A stretch of DNA of 64,000 bases from an uncultured Candidatus Saccharibacteria bacterium (GTDB taxonomy: Bacteria; Patescibacteriota; Minisyncoccia; Phycocordibacterales; Phycocordibacteraceae), in NCBI GenBank assembly GCA_964349555.1, contig CAYGGK010000001.1:49486-113485 (forward strand). Reading direction: 5' to 3'. Positions 27,526 through 37,722 of this stretch are shown piece by piece; positions within the stretch are counted from its first letter, which is position 1, and each line of letters starts with the position of its first letter. The position numbers and the translations under genes were made by a program. The notes beneath the pieces are model-generated. The model was not told where the DNA came from and ran no database searches. It saw only the letters and a list, made by a program, of their open reading frames with translations.

Positions 27526-28500
27526 ATGAACGAAGAGGCGCGTTACATACCGACAAAATACGATTCGGTTTTTTGGATTGACGTTGATCGTATACAGCCG
27601 AACCCCTACCAACCGAGGAAGGAGTTCAGCGAGGCGGGACTCGCGTCCCTTGCTGAGAGCATACGCCAATACGGCGTACTCCAGCCGCTCGTCGTGAGTC
27701 GCGTTGACGTCGAGAAGCCGGATGGCGGGCTCGGGAGCGTATACGAGCTTATCGCCGGTGAGCGGCGCCTGCGTGCGAGCAAGCTCGCCGGTCTCAAACA
27801 AGTACCGGTTGTTATCCGACAGGGCGAGAGCAATCTTACGAAACTCGAGCTCGCCATTATTGAAAATCTCCAGAGAGAAGATTTAAACGCGATTGATCGG
27901 GCGAAGGCTCTGCAAAAGCTTATTGACGAGTTCGGCATATCTCACGTTGAGTGTGCGGCAAAGATAGGGAAGAGCCGCGAGTACGTTTCAAACAGCATTC
28001 GATTACTCGCACTGCCGGAGCACATGCAGAATGCCATTGTTGCCAAGGAGCTCACCGAGGGCCACGCGCGCGCGGTTATGGCCCTGAATGATCGTCCGGA
28101 AGAGCGCGAAACTCTTTTTAAGGAAATTGTTTTAAAGCGGATGTCGGTACGTGCCGCTGAACGCATCGCGCGCTCTATCGCGCAGGAGCGCGTACGCAAG
28201 TATCATAGAAAATCGCCTGAAATGGCAGAGCTTGAAAAATCGCTTACCGAGACCCTCGGCACGCGCGTCATTATCGAGACGAACGCCGAAGGCGGCCGTC
28301 TCCTCATAGATTTTTTCTCTCCCGAGGACCTCTCAACCATCGCGGCCGCTCTCGTGGCACACGAGTTCCAGAACGTGAACACGCCCGTCTTCAAGAACAC
28401 CACACAACTCTCACCCGACTCCGACCCCGCGCCTTACCAGACCGACGTCGAAAAGCCGGACGACGACGATCTATACTCGGTAAAAAACTTCACCGTTTAG
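27526..28500 (+). CDS. parB: Chromosome partitioning protein ParB/Spo0J (no adjacent parA)
   Basis: IQPNPYQPRKEF, GVLQPLVV, LIAGERRLRASKLAG, HTH; the start was trimmed to 27526. Confidence 0.85.
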   Translation: MNEEARYIPTKYDSVFWIDVDRIQPNPYQPRKEFSEAGLASLAESIRQYGVLQPLVVSRVDVEKPDGGLGSVYELIAGERRLRASKLAGLKQVPVVIRQGESNLTKLELAIIENLQREDLNAIDRAKALQKLIDEFGISHVECAAKIGKSREYVSNSIRLLALPEHMQNAIVAKELTEGHARAVMALNDRPEERETLFKEIVLKRMSVRAAERIARSIAQERVRKYHRKSPEMAELEKSLTETLGTRVIIETNAEGGRLLIDFFSPEDLSTIAAALVAHEFQNVNTPVFKNTTQLSPDSDPAPYQTDVEKPDDDDLYSVKNFTV

Positions 28501-30110
28501 TTTTTTTTGAACATTGAGTGCCCTCTCCACTTCCCTCCATGGTGTTTGTGGCGACGGGACGGCTTAGCCGGCTCGGTGAGCCCGAGCGCCGCGCGGATAT
28601 GTCGGCGAGCGAGCGAAGTCTTGGCGATATCAAGCCACTTCGGCGACGGGTGTGCAGAGTCGCGCCGTATTATCTCAACAACTTCTCCGTTGCCGAGGAC
28701 GGTGTCGAATGGGACCAATTTTCCGTTCACTTTCGCACCTTGAATGTGGTTCCCCAAGTCGCTATGTATCGCGTACGCGAAATCAATCGGCGTTGACGCC
28801 ACCGGCAGGTCTATAACGTCCCCGTCGGGAGTGAAGACGAACACGCGATGTGAGAAGAAATCTTCTTTAAGTCCTTCTATGAATTCTTCAGAGCCGGCCA
28901 TGTCAGTATGCGCCTCGACGAGGTCGGCAAGCCATGGTGGGGCCTTTGCTGCGGTCCTTGCCAACCCGTCTTTCTTTGAAAACTTCATGAGTGATGGGAT
29001 AAGTGAGGAGATCCACGTAAGAGAAAGCGAGGAGAATTTGTTTTTTTGGGCACCTTTATCTAATTTCTCCACCTCTTTGCCGAGTTGTTTATAGGACATG
29101 TGTGACGCTATGCCGAACCGCGCACGACGATGCATTTCCTCGTCGCGAATCTGAATTTCCACTATGCCGGCGTCAGAGGTTACGACCGTCGTGTGAAGCG
29201 ATTGGTATCCGTTCGGTTTTGGAAAGGCGATGTAATCCTTGAACTCTCCCGGGAGTGGCTTATATAGAGCATGCACGACGCCAAGCGTCGCGTAACAATC
29301 TTCAATGGTCGGGACAATAATTCGCAAGGCGGCGATGTCGTGAATGAGGCTTATGTCGTCACGCTTTCTCTTTAACTTTTGATGCAAGCTCCAAATTCCT
29401 TTTATACGAATATCGGTATGGAAATTCTTGAGCCCCTTTCTTGCCAACTCCCGTTTCAGTTCTTTCTGCACCTTTAAGAGACCGCTTTCGGTCTCTTTCG
29501 TTTTTAGAGTACGCATTTCAGCAGTATGGCTGGCGGCGTCAGGGTCGACGAAAGGGAAGGAGAGGTCCTCAATCTCACGTTTCATTCTTCCCATCCCAAG
29601 CCGGTCGGCGATGGGGGCGTAAATTTCCAATGTTTCAAGCGCGATACGTCGGCGCTTATGTTCCGGCACGTACTCAAGCGTTTCCATGTTGTGCTTGCGA
29701 TCTGCGAGCTTCACGATGAGCACGCGAATATCACTCGCGGTCGCCACCAACAGCCGGCGCAGAGACTCCGCGTGGCGCTCAGCACCGCGGTATTTATGCG
29801 TACCAAGCTTGGTTACTCCCTCAACAATAAAAAGCAACTCTTTCCCGAATTCTTTTTCCATTTCTTCGCGCGTGATGCGGCCGTCCTCAACAGCGTCATG
29901 CAGAAGGCCCGCGGCGACAGTCGTCGCGTCCATGCCGTACTCGGCGAGCGTTTTCGCGGTGGCTGAAGGATGAACGAAATAGGGTTCTCCAGAATAGCGC
30001 TTTTGTCCCTCATGCGCCTTCCTGGAGAATTCATACGCTTTCTCCACGAGAGCGACGTCTTCGGGCGTTGCACCCTCCATCTTGGCGATAATCTCCTTGA
30101 CGGTGGTCAT
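28497..30110 (-). CDS. rel: RelA/SpoT-family (p)ppGpp synthetase/hydrolase, ACT-less (HD + synthetase + TGS)
   Basis: HD motifs (HPSATAKTLAEYGMDATTVAAGLLHDAVED), synthetase region (DIAALRIIV), TGS (VFTPDGDVIDLPVASTPIDFAYAIHSDLG); ends after the TGS domain. Confidence 0.85.
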   Translation of the reverse strand: MTTVKEIIAKMEGATPEDVALVEKAYEFSRKAHEGQKRYSGEPYFVHPSATAKTLAEYGMDATTVAAGLLHDAVEDGRITREEMEKEFGKELLFIVEGVTKLGTHKYRGAERHAESLRRLLVATASDIRVLIVKLADRKHNMETLEYVPEHKRRRIALETLEIYAPIADRLGMGRMKREIEDLSFPFVDPDAASHTAEMRTLKTKETESGLLKVQKELKRELARKGLKNFHTDIRIKGIWSLHQKLKRKRDDISLIHDIAALRIIVPTIEDCYATLGVVHALYKPLPGEFKDYIAFPKPNGYQSLHTTVVTSDAGIVEIQIRDEEMHRRARFGIASHMSYKQLGKEVEKLDKGAQKNKFSSLSLTWISSLIPSLMKFSKKDGLARTAAKAPPWLADLVEAHTDMAGSEEFIEGLKEDFFSHRVFVFTPDGDVIDLPVASTPIDFAYAIHSDLGNHIQGAKVNGKLVPFDTVLGNGEVVEIIRRDSAHPSPKWLDIAKTSLARRHIRAALGLTEPAKPSRRHKHHGGKWRGHSMFKKN

Positions 30111-30198
30111 AGGTAACCACTATACACCCAACAGTTTATTTTTGCTTTTTAATGAAAATCTCAGCGTAACTATGAGAATCGAATTGGCCTCCCTCTCA

Positions 30199-30250
30199 AA
30201 TAAACACTATCAACAACTTTTGCTATAGCAAGAATTGTTGATTTCCCAGG
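30199..30250. repeat. Repeat R2c: reverse-complement copy of the R2 palindromic element in the topA-rel intergenic region
   Basis: The core ATCAACAACTTTTGCTATAGCAAGAATTGTTGAT is the reverse complement of the R2a core with 1 mismatch; the flanking ~10 bp on each side also match R2a. Confidence 0.8.
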
Positions 30251-30295
30251 AGATAGATGGAGATGAGTGACCAACACAGACGCGGAGGCAGTAAG

Positions 30296-32770
30296 TTATT
30301 TCAAGTACTCGGCGGCTGAGGTGGGAGTGAGGGACTCCGGAGAAACTGTATCGGGCAGATAGATGCGGCGAAGGCCTTTTTTTAAGAAAACGCCTTGTTT
30401 TGATTTGTAGAGCACAAGTTGTTTGCCGGTGCGCGGGTGTGCGCCGATCTCTTTTACTATCTCAACGCCCTTGGGTGGCCGCTTGGGCTCGGCAAGCAGA
30501 GTGAGGGCTTCGTCCAGCGTAATAGTATATGGGTCGCCGACCTTTGCCTTCAGAGAACGAAACTCTCCGTCGCTTCCCACATACGGCCCGAATCTTCCGG
30601 TTGAGGCGAACACCGGCTTGTCGGTGGAAGGATGCATTCCCAACTCGCGCGGAAGCGAGAGGTATTTAATTGCGTCTGCGAGCGTTATCTGCAAGAGGTC
30701 GGTACCGGCGGGAATGCTCGCACGTTTGGCGGCCGTCTTCGGCCGCCCCTTCCCACGCTTCTTTTCGCCGCTTTTTGCGGCGCCCCGCGGAGCCTTGGCG
30801 GAGTGGGGTTCTTTATCCAGCGCCCCCTCCACCGAAGCTTCGGAGGGCAACGGCATCTCCACGTACGGTCCGAATCGTCCAGTCTTTATATAAATTGGCG
30901 CACCGGTCTCCGGATGGGTGCCGATAGGTTCGTCATTTTTAAGTTCAGCACCATCTTCAGTCCGTATACCGAGGCATTCTGGATATTTTTTACAACTCAT
31001 AAAGACCCCGCCGCGGCCGAGCTTGTTCTCCATAGGGCTTCCGCAGAGCGGACATGGGAATTCTTTTGAAACGTCGCCGAGCGAAGTCGCCTTTGGGAGC
31101 TTATCCTTTGCCCGTACAGCTTTATCAAATGGACCATAAAATGCAGTCAGTGTTTCGGTATATCCGCGTTCGCCGCGAGCGATTTCATCGAGTTCGTCCT
31201 CCATTTCTGCAGTGAAAGTATCACTTACGTAATTTGGAAAGTTTTCCTCGAGCCACCCGGAGACGACCATGCCGGTGGCCGTTGGTTTAAGCGCGCGCGC
31301 AAGTTTCTCCACATATCCGCGATCCTGGATGGTTTTCATAATAGAAGCATAGGTTGACGGACGACCAATACCGCGTTTTTCCAATTCCTTGATAAGTCCG
31401 GCTTCAGTGTAGCGGTTCGGAGGCTCAGTCTGCTTTTCTTCCGCACCGAGTGAGAGGAGCGAGAGGGGGTCGCCAGTGGAGAGCTTCGGCAACTCCACGT
31501 CCTCTCCTCGCGCCGCCGTATCGAGCGCGAGCCATCCGGGGAAGATCACGCGAGAACCGTTTGCGGTAAAAAGAGGGATATCGATGTCGGCTTTTGCCGC
31601 AACGTTCGTACGCATAATCTTCGCCGAAGACATTTGTGAAGCGAGCGCACGCGTCCGGATTAAATTATATAGATGCACTTCATCCGGCGTAGACCCGGCG
31701 TGTGCGCGAGCCGAGTCGGTCGGGCGTATCGCTTCATGCGCCTCCTGGGCATTCTTACTCGTCGTTTTATACACGCGCACATGCAGATACTCCTTACCGA
31801 ATTCTTTTTCAACAACGCCCGCCATTTTCGCGACCGCCTCTGTTGAGAGACTCACGGAATCCGTTCTCATGTAGGTAATATGTCCGGCCTCGTAGAGTTT
31901 CTGCGCGGCGCGCATCGCTCGGGAGGGCGCGAAGCCAAGGCGCGTCGAGGCCGTCTGTTGGAGCGTTGAGGTGGTAAAGGGAGGGCGAGGGTTACGCTCC
32001 TCGGCTTTTTCAGTGACGCTCGCCACGCTCCACTTCGCCACTCTGCCGGCATCCACTATCTTGTCCGCTTCTTCTCGCGTTGCGGGCTGTTCGGTACATG
32101 TCGTTTGCAATTCCGACTTTCTGCCGGAGGCGGATCCGCCTTTGGCGGAAAAGAGCGCTGAGAGTACGAAGTAGGTTACGGGTATAAAAGCTTTTATTTC
32201 CCGTTCGCGTTCTGCAAGTATCCGGAGCGCCGGCGACTGTACCCTCCCGGCTGACAGGCCGTACCGCACCTTTTTCCAGATCAGGCCGGAGAGATCATAG
32301 CCAACGATGCGATCAAGAACGCGTCGCGCTTCTTGCGCGCGACGCAGATTCTCGTCTATATCTCTCGGATGCTCTATCGCATCCTTGATGGCACTCTCCG
32401 TAATTTCATGATAGACAACGCGTTTAATCAGTTTGGAATTTCGAGTTTGATGCTTCTCGCTTCCCAAGCCATCCCTGATGATTTGGGCGATATGCCACGC
32501 AATCGCTTCGCCCTCGCGGTCAGGGTCGGTCGCGAGGTATATCTCGTCTGCCGACGCCGCCGCGCGCTGTATTTTTTCTATCACGTCGCGTTTATCGGCA
32601 GATATGACATAGCGCGGTATAAAACCACCTTCAATGTCTACCGCGTCTTTATTGCTCTTCGGCAGGTCGCGCACGTGTCCGACCGAAGCGAGAACTTCGT
32701 AGTCCTTGCCGAGATATTTTCCTATGGTTCTCGCCTTGGTTGGCGACTCTACAATCAATAGCCTCTTCAT
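30296..32770 (-). CDS. topA: DNA topoisomerase I
   Basis: Toprim (KRLLIVESPTKARTI), the active-site Tyr region, C-terminal zinc-ribbon and Lys-rich repeats. Confidence 0.95.
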   Translation of the reverse strand: MKRLLIVESPTKARTIGKYLGKDYEVLASVGHVRDLPKSNKDAVDIEGGFIPRYVISADKRDVIEKIQRAAASADEIYLATDPDREGEAIAWHIAQIIRDGLGSEKHQTRNSKLIKRVVYHEITESAIKDAIEHPRDIDENLRRAQEARRVLDRIVGYDLSGLIWKKVRYGLSAGRVQSPALRILAEREREIKAFIPVTYFVLSALFSAKGGSASGRKSELQTTCTEQPATREEADKIVDAGRVAKWSVASVTEKAEERNPRPPFTTSTLQQTASTRLGFAPSRAMRAAQKLYEAGHITYMRTDSVSLSTEAVAKMAGVVEKEFGKEYLHVRVYKTTSKNAQEAHEAIRPTDSARAHAGSTPDEVHLYNLIRTRALASQMSSAKIMRTNVAAKADIDIPLFTANGSRVIFPGWLALDTAARGEDVELPKLSTGDPLSLLSLGAEEKQTEPPNRYTEAGLIKELEKRGIGRPSTYASIMKTIQDRGYVEKLARALKPTATGMVVSGWLEENFPNYVSDTFTAEMEDELDEIARGERGYTETLTAFYGPFDKAVRAKDKLPKATSLGDVSKEFPCPLCGSPMENKLGRGGVFMSCKKYPECLGIRTEDGAELKNDEPIGTHPETGAPIYIKTGRFGPYVEMPLPSEASVEGALDKEPHSAKAPRGAAKSGEKKRGKGRPKTAAKRASIPAGTDLLQITLADAIKYLSLPRELGMHPSTDKPVFASTGRFGPYVGSDGEFRSLKAKVGDPYTITLDEALTLLAEPKRPPKGVEIVKEIGAHPRTGKQLVLYKSKQGVFLKKGLRRIYLPDTVSPESLTPTSAAEYLK

Positions 32771-32805
32771 TATGAGTCAGTCATAGCGCGCGCGCCTATG
32801 CGCCG

Positions 32806-33585
32806 TCAAGACACCTCCACGCGTATCGGGTTATGGTCGGAACCGACTTTGTCCGAAATAACCTCCGCGTTTTTGATGGAAAAAGAGTGCGAGACGAGTA
32901 TATGATCAAGCTGTGAACGCGAGAGTGGGTGCGTTATAGAGCCGGCGAGCGTGTTAACCAGCTCGTACTCAACGAAGCGCTGTTCTATATGCATGCGTTC
33001 CCGCTTATGGAAGAAAACGTCGCCCGCGCGCCCGCCGAGAAGCCAGTTTAATATTGAAATATGCGGCGCCTCAATGGTGTTGAAATCCCCGCAGACAATA
33101 GTCGGACGAGAAGGGTCGCGCTTCGTCATCGCGAGTTCAAATTCTTTCAGTCGCCACGCCGGCTGAGCGAGTATGAGGTGCAGATTGAACACGCGGACGA
33201 TTCCACGAGGTGTCTCTATGTCGGCATATACGGCGTGTCGCTTGCCGACTCCTTTCGCCCAGAGCCGTAGGGCGAACATGAGTCGGGTAAACAGTCTCCC
33301 GCGAGGTGGCAGGTTAACGCCGCTGTACGAGAGGGGGATCGCCTCGAATGTTCGTATCGGATATCGTGAGAGTACGACGACGTACTGTGTTGATCGTACC
33401 CCCTTGAACAGGCGGTCGGTCTCCGGAGCCGCCGCAACGGATAGAGGGAGCGACTTAAGTCGTGTCAGAAAATCTTCCGGCACCTCCTGCAGGCAGAAGA
33501 TATCAAAGTCGCTTCGCGCGATAAACTCAAATGCGCGATCCAGTTCACGATTGCGAAACAAGATGTTCCAAGAATAGATTTTCAT
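32806..33585 (-). CDS. Endonuclease/exonuclease/phosphatase (EEP) family protein
   Basis: KIYSWNIL, CLQEV, GDFN, SDHNPI motifs. The start was trimmed to avoid overlap with dprA. Confidence 0.75.
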   Translation of the reverse strand: MKIYSWNILFRNRELDRAFEFIARSDFDIFCLQEVPEDFLTRLKSLPLSVAAAPETDRLFKGVRSTQYVVVLSRYPIRTFEAIPLSYSGVNLPPRGRLFTRLMFALRLWAKGVGKRHAVYADIETPRGIVRVFNLHLILAQPAWRLKEFELAMTKRDPSRPTIVCGDFNTIEAPHISILNWLLGGRAGDVFFHKRERMHIEQRFVEYELVNTLAGSITHPLSRSQLDHILVSHSFSIKNAEVISDKVGSDHNPIRVEVS

Positions 33586-33634
33586 GTTATTTATAGTGAG
33601 CGATTTATCCTGAGCTTGGTCGAAGGAAGTCGAA

Positions 33635-34498
33635 CTACACTCGGTGCCACGCGCCAAACTCTTCTCTAATTAATCCGCGGAGTTCCAGTGCAACGAGTGC
33701 CGTAAGGAGCTCGCCAGTACCACTGTCTGGCGAAGTCGAAGCACGCAGGATTTCATCGCGGGTCTTTGGCTCTTCTAGCATATTCCACACGAGCAGTTCT
33801 GTGTCCTCAAGGTCGGTCGGTGCTGACATTGCGGCGGTCTCTCGCGGGACGATATGGAGCGCTTCGAGAATGTGGAGAGGGTCGCTGACAAGTGCGGCAC
33901 CCAACCGTATGAAAAGGTGCGGGCCGAAGGCGTGCGGGTCGCCAATGCGGTGAGGGATGCAGAGCAGGTCGCGGTTGTACTCGCTCGCGAGACGGGCGGT
34001 GATGAGCGTACCGGACTTCGGCCCCGCTTCAATAACGAGCACGGCGTCGGCGAGAGCCACCATAAGACGGTTGCGTTCGGGGAAGAAGTGCACGCGTGAG
34101 GCGGTGCTCGGTGCATATTCAGAGAGGAGTCCGCCGCCAGCTTTTAGAATTTCCTTTGCGAAGCCGCGATTACTCCGCGGATAGAGCACCTCGTCGTCGA
34201 GTCCCGATCCCGGTACCACGAGCGTGTGGAGCCCTGCGGCGAGCGCCGCCTTATGCGCGCAGGTATCCACGCCAAGCGCGAGGCCGCTGACAATAGATAT
34301 AGGATAGCCGGCGAGGCCGGTAATTAGCTTCTCGCAGGCCTCCTGCCCGTAGCGCGTCATCGCGCGGCTCCCGACAACCGTGAGCAACTTCGTTCCCTCC
34401 GGCGGCAGGGCCCCGCGCACCCACAGCCGCTCCGGCGGCTGGGGTATCTCCAACAGTTGTGCAGGCCACTCACTTTTCGGCAATTCCCGTACCTCCAT
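33635..34498 (-). CDS. dprA: DNA processing protein DprA (Smf)
   Basis: VVGSRAMTRYGQE...IVSGLALGVD Rossmann-like DprA core. The conserved topA-dprA pairing is present. Confidence 0.8.
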   Translation of the reverse strand: MEVRELPKSEWPAQLLEIPQPPERLWVRGALPPEGTKLLTVVGSRAMTRYGQEACEKLITGLAGYPISIVSGLALGVDTCAHKAALAAGLHTLVVPGSGLDDEVLYPRSNRGFAKEILKAGGGLLSEYAPSTASRVHFFPERNRLMVALADAVLVIEAGPKSGTLITARLASEYNRDLLCIPHRIGDPHAFGPHLFIRLGAALVSDPLHILEALHIVPRETAAMSAPTDLEDTELLVWNMLEEPKTRDEILRASTSPDSGTGELLTALVALELRGLIREEFGAWHRV

Positions 34499-34522
34499 GG
34501 GTGCAGTATACTACTCAGTATC

Positions 34523-35815
34523 ATGCTCGATATACATTTTATTCGGGAGAATGCGGAAATAATAAAAGCGGGGGCGCTGAAGAAACGTGTAGAGGTTGAT
34601 ATCGACCGCCTCATTGTTGTTGACGACGAGCGGAAGCTCTTGCGGCAAGAGCTGGACAATAAGCGTTTTGAGCAGACGCGCCGCAGTAGCGAGATGCAGT
34701 ATGTCAAAGACCTTGATCGCGAGAAGTTGCTTGAAGCGATGCGCCACCTGAAGAACGGCATGCTTGAGAGCGAAGAAAGGCTGAAGTTAGTAATGGAGGA
34801 GTGGCAGAGACTCATGCTCGCGGTACCGAATATTCCCGACATGTCGGTGCCCGACGGCGTAAGCGATGCTGATAATGTTGAGATAAAAAAGTGGCCTGTA
34901 TCAAGTGTGAACGAAGGTGGAACGCCGAAGAAGTTTGATTTCAAACCGAAGGATCATGTGGAGCTGATGACGGTACTTGATATCGCCGACTTTGAGCGCG
35001 GTGCGAAGGTCGCCGGCTTCCGCGGCTACTTCCTCAAGGGCGACGGCGTGCTTCTTATGAACGCCGTATGGCAATTGGCGCTCGCGCATTTTTCTAAAAA
35101 AGGGCTGACGCCTATAAGCGTGCCGAGCCTGGTGCGCCGGGAGGCCTTTATGGGCACTGGATACCTCCCGCAGGGCGAAGAGGATCTCTACAAGACGCAG
35201 GACGGCGAGTATCTAGCAGGCACCGGCGAGGTGGCGGCGATGGGCTACTACATGAATGAGACGTTGGACATGAGTGCATTCCCTGTACAATTTCTCGCAT
35301 TTTCGCCCTGCTTCCGCAGAGAGGCAGGGGCGCACGGGAAGGATGTGCGAGGACTTGTTCGCGTACATGAGTTTTTCAAATGGGAACAAGTGGTTCTCTG
35401 CAAGGCGGAGCATGATGAGTCAGTCCGTCTGCATGAGTGGCTGAATCGTAATACAGAAGAATTTATTGAACTTCTAAACATTCCGTACCGTACCGTTGTG
35501 AACTGCGGGGGCGACCTTGGGCTCGGTCAAGTGAAGAAATACGATATCGAGCTTTGGGTGCCGGGTGAAGACACGTATAGAGAGATAAGCTCCGCGTCGT
35601 ACTTCCATGACTTTCAGACACGCAGGCTGAATATCCGCTATCGCGATGCGGAGGGGAATATGCGCTTTCCTCATTCGTTAAACGCAACGGCGATACCGAC
35701 TCCGCGTATTCTGGTTTCCATTATTGAAAATTACCAACAGGCGGACGGCTCCATCAAGGTGCCTGACGCTCTCGTCCCGTATGTTGGGAAGAGCATCATC
35801 GGCAGGGCGCAGTAG
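34523..35815 (+). CDS. serS: Seryl-tRNA synthetase
   Basis: N-terminal coiled coil and class II motifs (FRREAGAHGKDVRGLVRVHEF, GLGQ, SSASYFHDFQTRRL). The start was trimmed to 34523. Confidence 0.9.
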   Translation: MLDIHFIRENAEIIKAGALKKRVEVDIDRLIVVDDERKLLRQELDNKRFEQTRRSSEMQYVKDLDREKLLEAMRHLKNGMLESEERLKLVMEEWQRLMLAVPNIPDMSVPDGVSDADNVEIKKWPVSSVNEGGTPKKFDFKPKDHVELMTVLDIADFERGAKVAGFRGYFLKGDGVLLMNAVWQLALAHFSKKGLTPISVPSLVRREAFMGTGYLPQGEEDLYKTQDGEYLAGTGEVAAMGYYMNETLDMSAFPVQFLAFSPCFRREAGAHGKDVRGLVRVHEFFKWEQVVLCKAEHDESVRLHEWLNRNTEEFIELLNIPYRTVVNCGGDLGLGQVKKYDIELWVPGEDTYREISSASYFHDFQTRRLNIRYRDAEGNMRFPHSLNATAIPTPRILVSIIENYQQADGSIKVPDALVPYVGKSIIGRAQ

Positions 35816-36698
35816 CTCGCCCGGCCAGGGCGAGCGCCTGGCGGAGCGGCGCCGAGGGCGGCGCCGCAAAGCCCGTATCGCGCTTTGCGTTCTCTCACTG
35901 CTAGTAATCGGCACGCTCATCTGGGGGCTTTGGCAAAGCGCGGTACGAATCTCTCAAGTAGAAATATTCGGTCCCACTACCGACCAAAGGGCAGTGGTCG
36001 CTGATATCGCGACACGAGCGATGCTGGGAAACTACCTCGGCATCGTTCCGCGCGACTCCATACTCTTCTTTCCAGAAGAGCGTATGCGTGTCGACATTCT
36101 TTCTGTTGACAGTGCTATCGCCGCGGTTTCCATCCTCCGTAGTAGCCTCACCAGTATTTCAATAAAGGTGGACTATCGTGTCCCTATCGCGCGCTGGTGT
36201 GGTTCGACGGACTCAGGGCAGGCAAGCTCATCACAAGTGGTCTTGTCCGACGAAAATTGTTACGTTTTTGACTCAAGCGGCGTTATTTACGCGGTCGCCG
36301 CGACGACGACGGAGACTATCAACACTTTTATGCTCTACGCGCCCCTCGACTCTCCTCGACAAAGCTCGGAACAAGCCACTCGGGACGAACCGCCTGTGGT
36401 GAGCGTAGTCGAACCACTCCGTGCGCACATCAAGGGCGCAGAGAAACTATCCGCGACGTTTGACTTCGCGAGGCGACTCGCCACTTTCGGCTCCCCGGTC
36501 GCCTCAATCGCTATCTCCGGTGATGAAGTGAATCACACGCTCGTAAGCGGGACGCGCGTCACCTACGTGCTTGGGAACGAGCAAAACGCTTTTACCGCAC
36601 TTGTTTCTTCCCGCGAGAATATAAATTTCACGGACGGTTCGGTTGACTATGTTGACCTGCGCTTTGATGGAAAGGTGTATCTGAAGAAGAAGGAGTGA
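35724..36698 (+). CDS. FtsQ/DivIB-like membrane protein (POTRA-like); the true start is probably downstream of the serS stop at a non-ATG codon
   Basis: Single TM, then VSQVEIFG...LFFPEERMRVDIL, resembling the POTRA region of FtsQ; weak. Confidence 0.3.
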   Translation: MKITNRRTAPSRCLTLSSRMLGRASSAGRSSSPGQGERLAERRRGRRRKARIALCVLSLLVIGTLIWGLWQSAVRISQVEIFGPTTDQRAVVADIATRAMLGNYLGIVPRDSILFFPEERMRVDILSVDSAIAAVSILRSSLTSISIKVDYRVPIARWCGSTDSGQASSSQVVLSDENCYVFDSSGVIYAVAATTTETINTFMLYAPLDSPRQSSEQATRDEPPVVSVVEPLRAHIKGAEKLSATFDFARRLATFGSPVASIAISGDEVNHTLVSGTRVTYVLGNEQNAFTALVSSRENINFTDGSVDYVDLRFDGKVYLKKKE

Positions 36699-36710
36699 TA
36701 AGGTTGAGAA

Positions 36711-37703
36711 ATGTCTCTCTGGAGCAATCTGCCGAAACCGTTTTTTGTTATGGCGCCGATGGCGGACGTGACCGACAGAGCGTTCCGCGCGCTTGTCGCG
36801 AAGAGAGGGAAGCCGGACGTGTTTTGGACTGAGTTCGTGTCGGCTGACGGGCTGTACCACCTCAACGAGGTCGCCAGCGCAACAGAAAAATCAAGGAATA
36901 ACCCTTTGATGCGCGACCTTGCTTTTGAAGAAGACCAGCGGCCGATTGTCGCGCAGATATTCTCCAGCAAACCGGAGATGATTGCGTACGCGACGGAACT
37001 TGTCGCTCGGTTGGGATTTGATGGCGTTGACATTAATATGGGCTGTCCCGATCGCACGATTGAGAAGCAGGGTTGTGGAGCGGCGATGATTAAAAACCCA
37101 AAACTCGCGGTAGGCATTATTCGCGCGGCACAAGGGGCGAGCGCGTTGCCGGTGTCGGTGAAGACGAGGGTTGGGTATAACAATGAATCACTTGATGAAT
37201 GGCTCCCCGCGCTTTTATCGGCGAATCCTGCCGTCCTCACGCTTCATTTGCGTACGCGTAAAGAGATGTCCGCTGTGCCGGCCGATTGGGAACTGATGAA
37301 GAAGGCGGTAGAAATCAGGAACCGCGAGAACCCAAACGTGCTCCTTATCGGGAATGGCGACGTGCGAGACTTGAGAGACGCGCAAACGAAGGTTGCGCAG
37401 TCCGGCTGTGACGGCGCGATGATTGGCCGCGCGATGTTCGGCAACCCATGGGTGTTTACCGACCGCCGACCTGAAACAATCGGCCTTCAAGAAAAGCTTG
37501 ATGCTCTAGTAGAACTTGCTCATGATTTTGAAAAGCTCTCCCCGCCAAAAAATTTCGCTATTCTGAAAAAACACATTAAAGCATTCGTCACTGGCTTCGC
37601 TGGCGCCGCCGAGCTCCGCGCGGAACTCATGTCAGCCGAGAGTGCCAGCGAACTCGCGTCCATCATGCGCCTGCACGAGCGCGCTCTAGTGCCTAAGGCC
37701 TAG
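36711..37703 (+). CDS. dus: tRNA-dihydrouridine synthase
   Basis: APMADVTDRAFR, DINMGCP, the FMN-binding TIM-barrel pattern. Confidence 0.85.
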   Translation: MSLWSNLPKPFFVMAPMADVTDRAFRALVAKRGKPDVFWTEFVSADGLYHLNEVASATEKSRNNPLMRDLAFEEDQRPIVAQIFSSKPEMIAYATELVARLGFDGVDINMGCPDRTIEKQGCGAAMIKNPKLAVGIIRAAQGASALPVSVKTRVGYNNESLDEWLPALLSANPAVLTLHLRTRKEMSAVPADWELMKKAVEIRNRENPNVLLIGNGDVRDLRDAQTKVAQSGCDGAMIGRAMFGNPWVFTDRRPETIGLQEKLDALVELAHDFEKLSPPKNFAILKKHIKAFVTGFAGAAELRAELMSAESASELASIMRLHERALVPKA

Positions 37704-37722
37704 CGCCTATATACTAGCTGAT

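Noticed and set aside
34357-34944. 195-aa minus-strand ORF spanning the dprA start and serS 5' region
   Set aside because: It overlaps two well-supported genes on their real frames; Ser/Arg-rich antisense composition.
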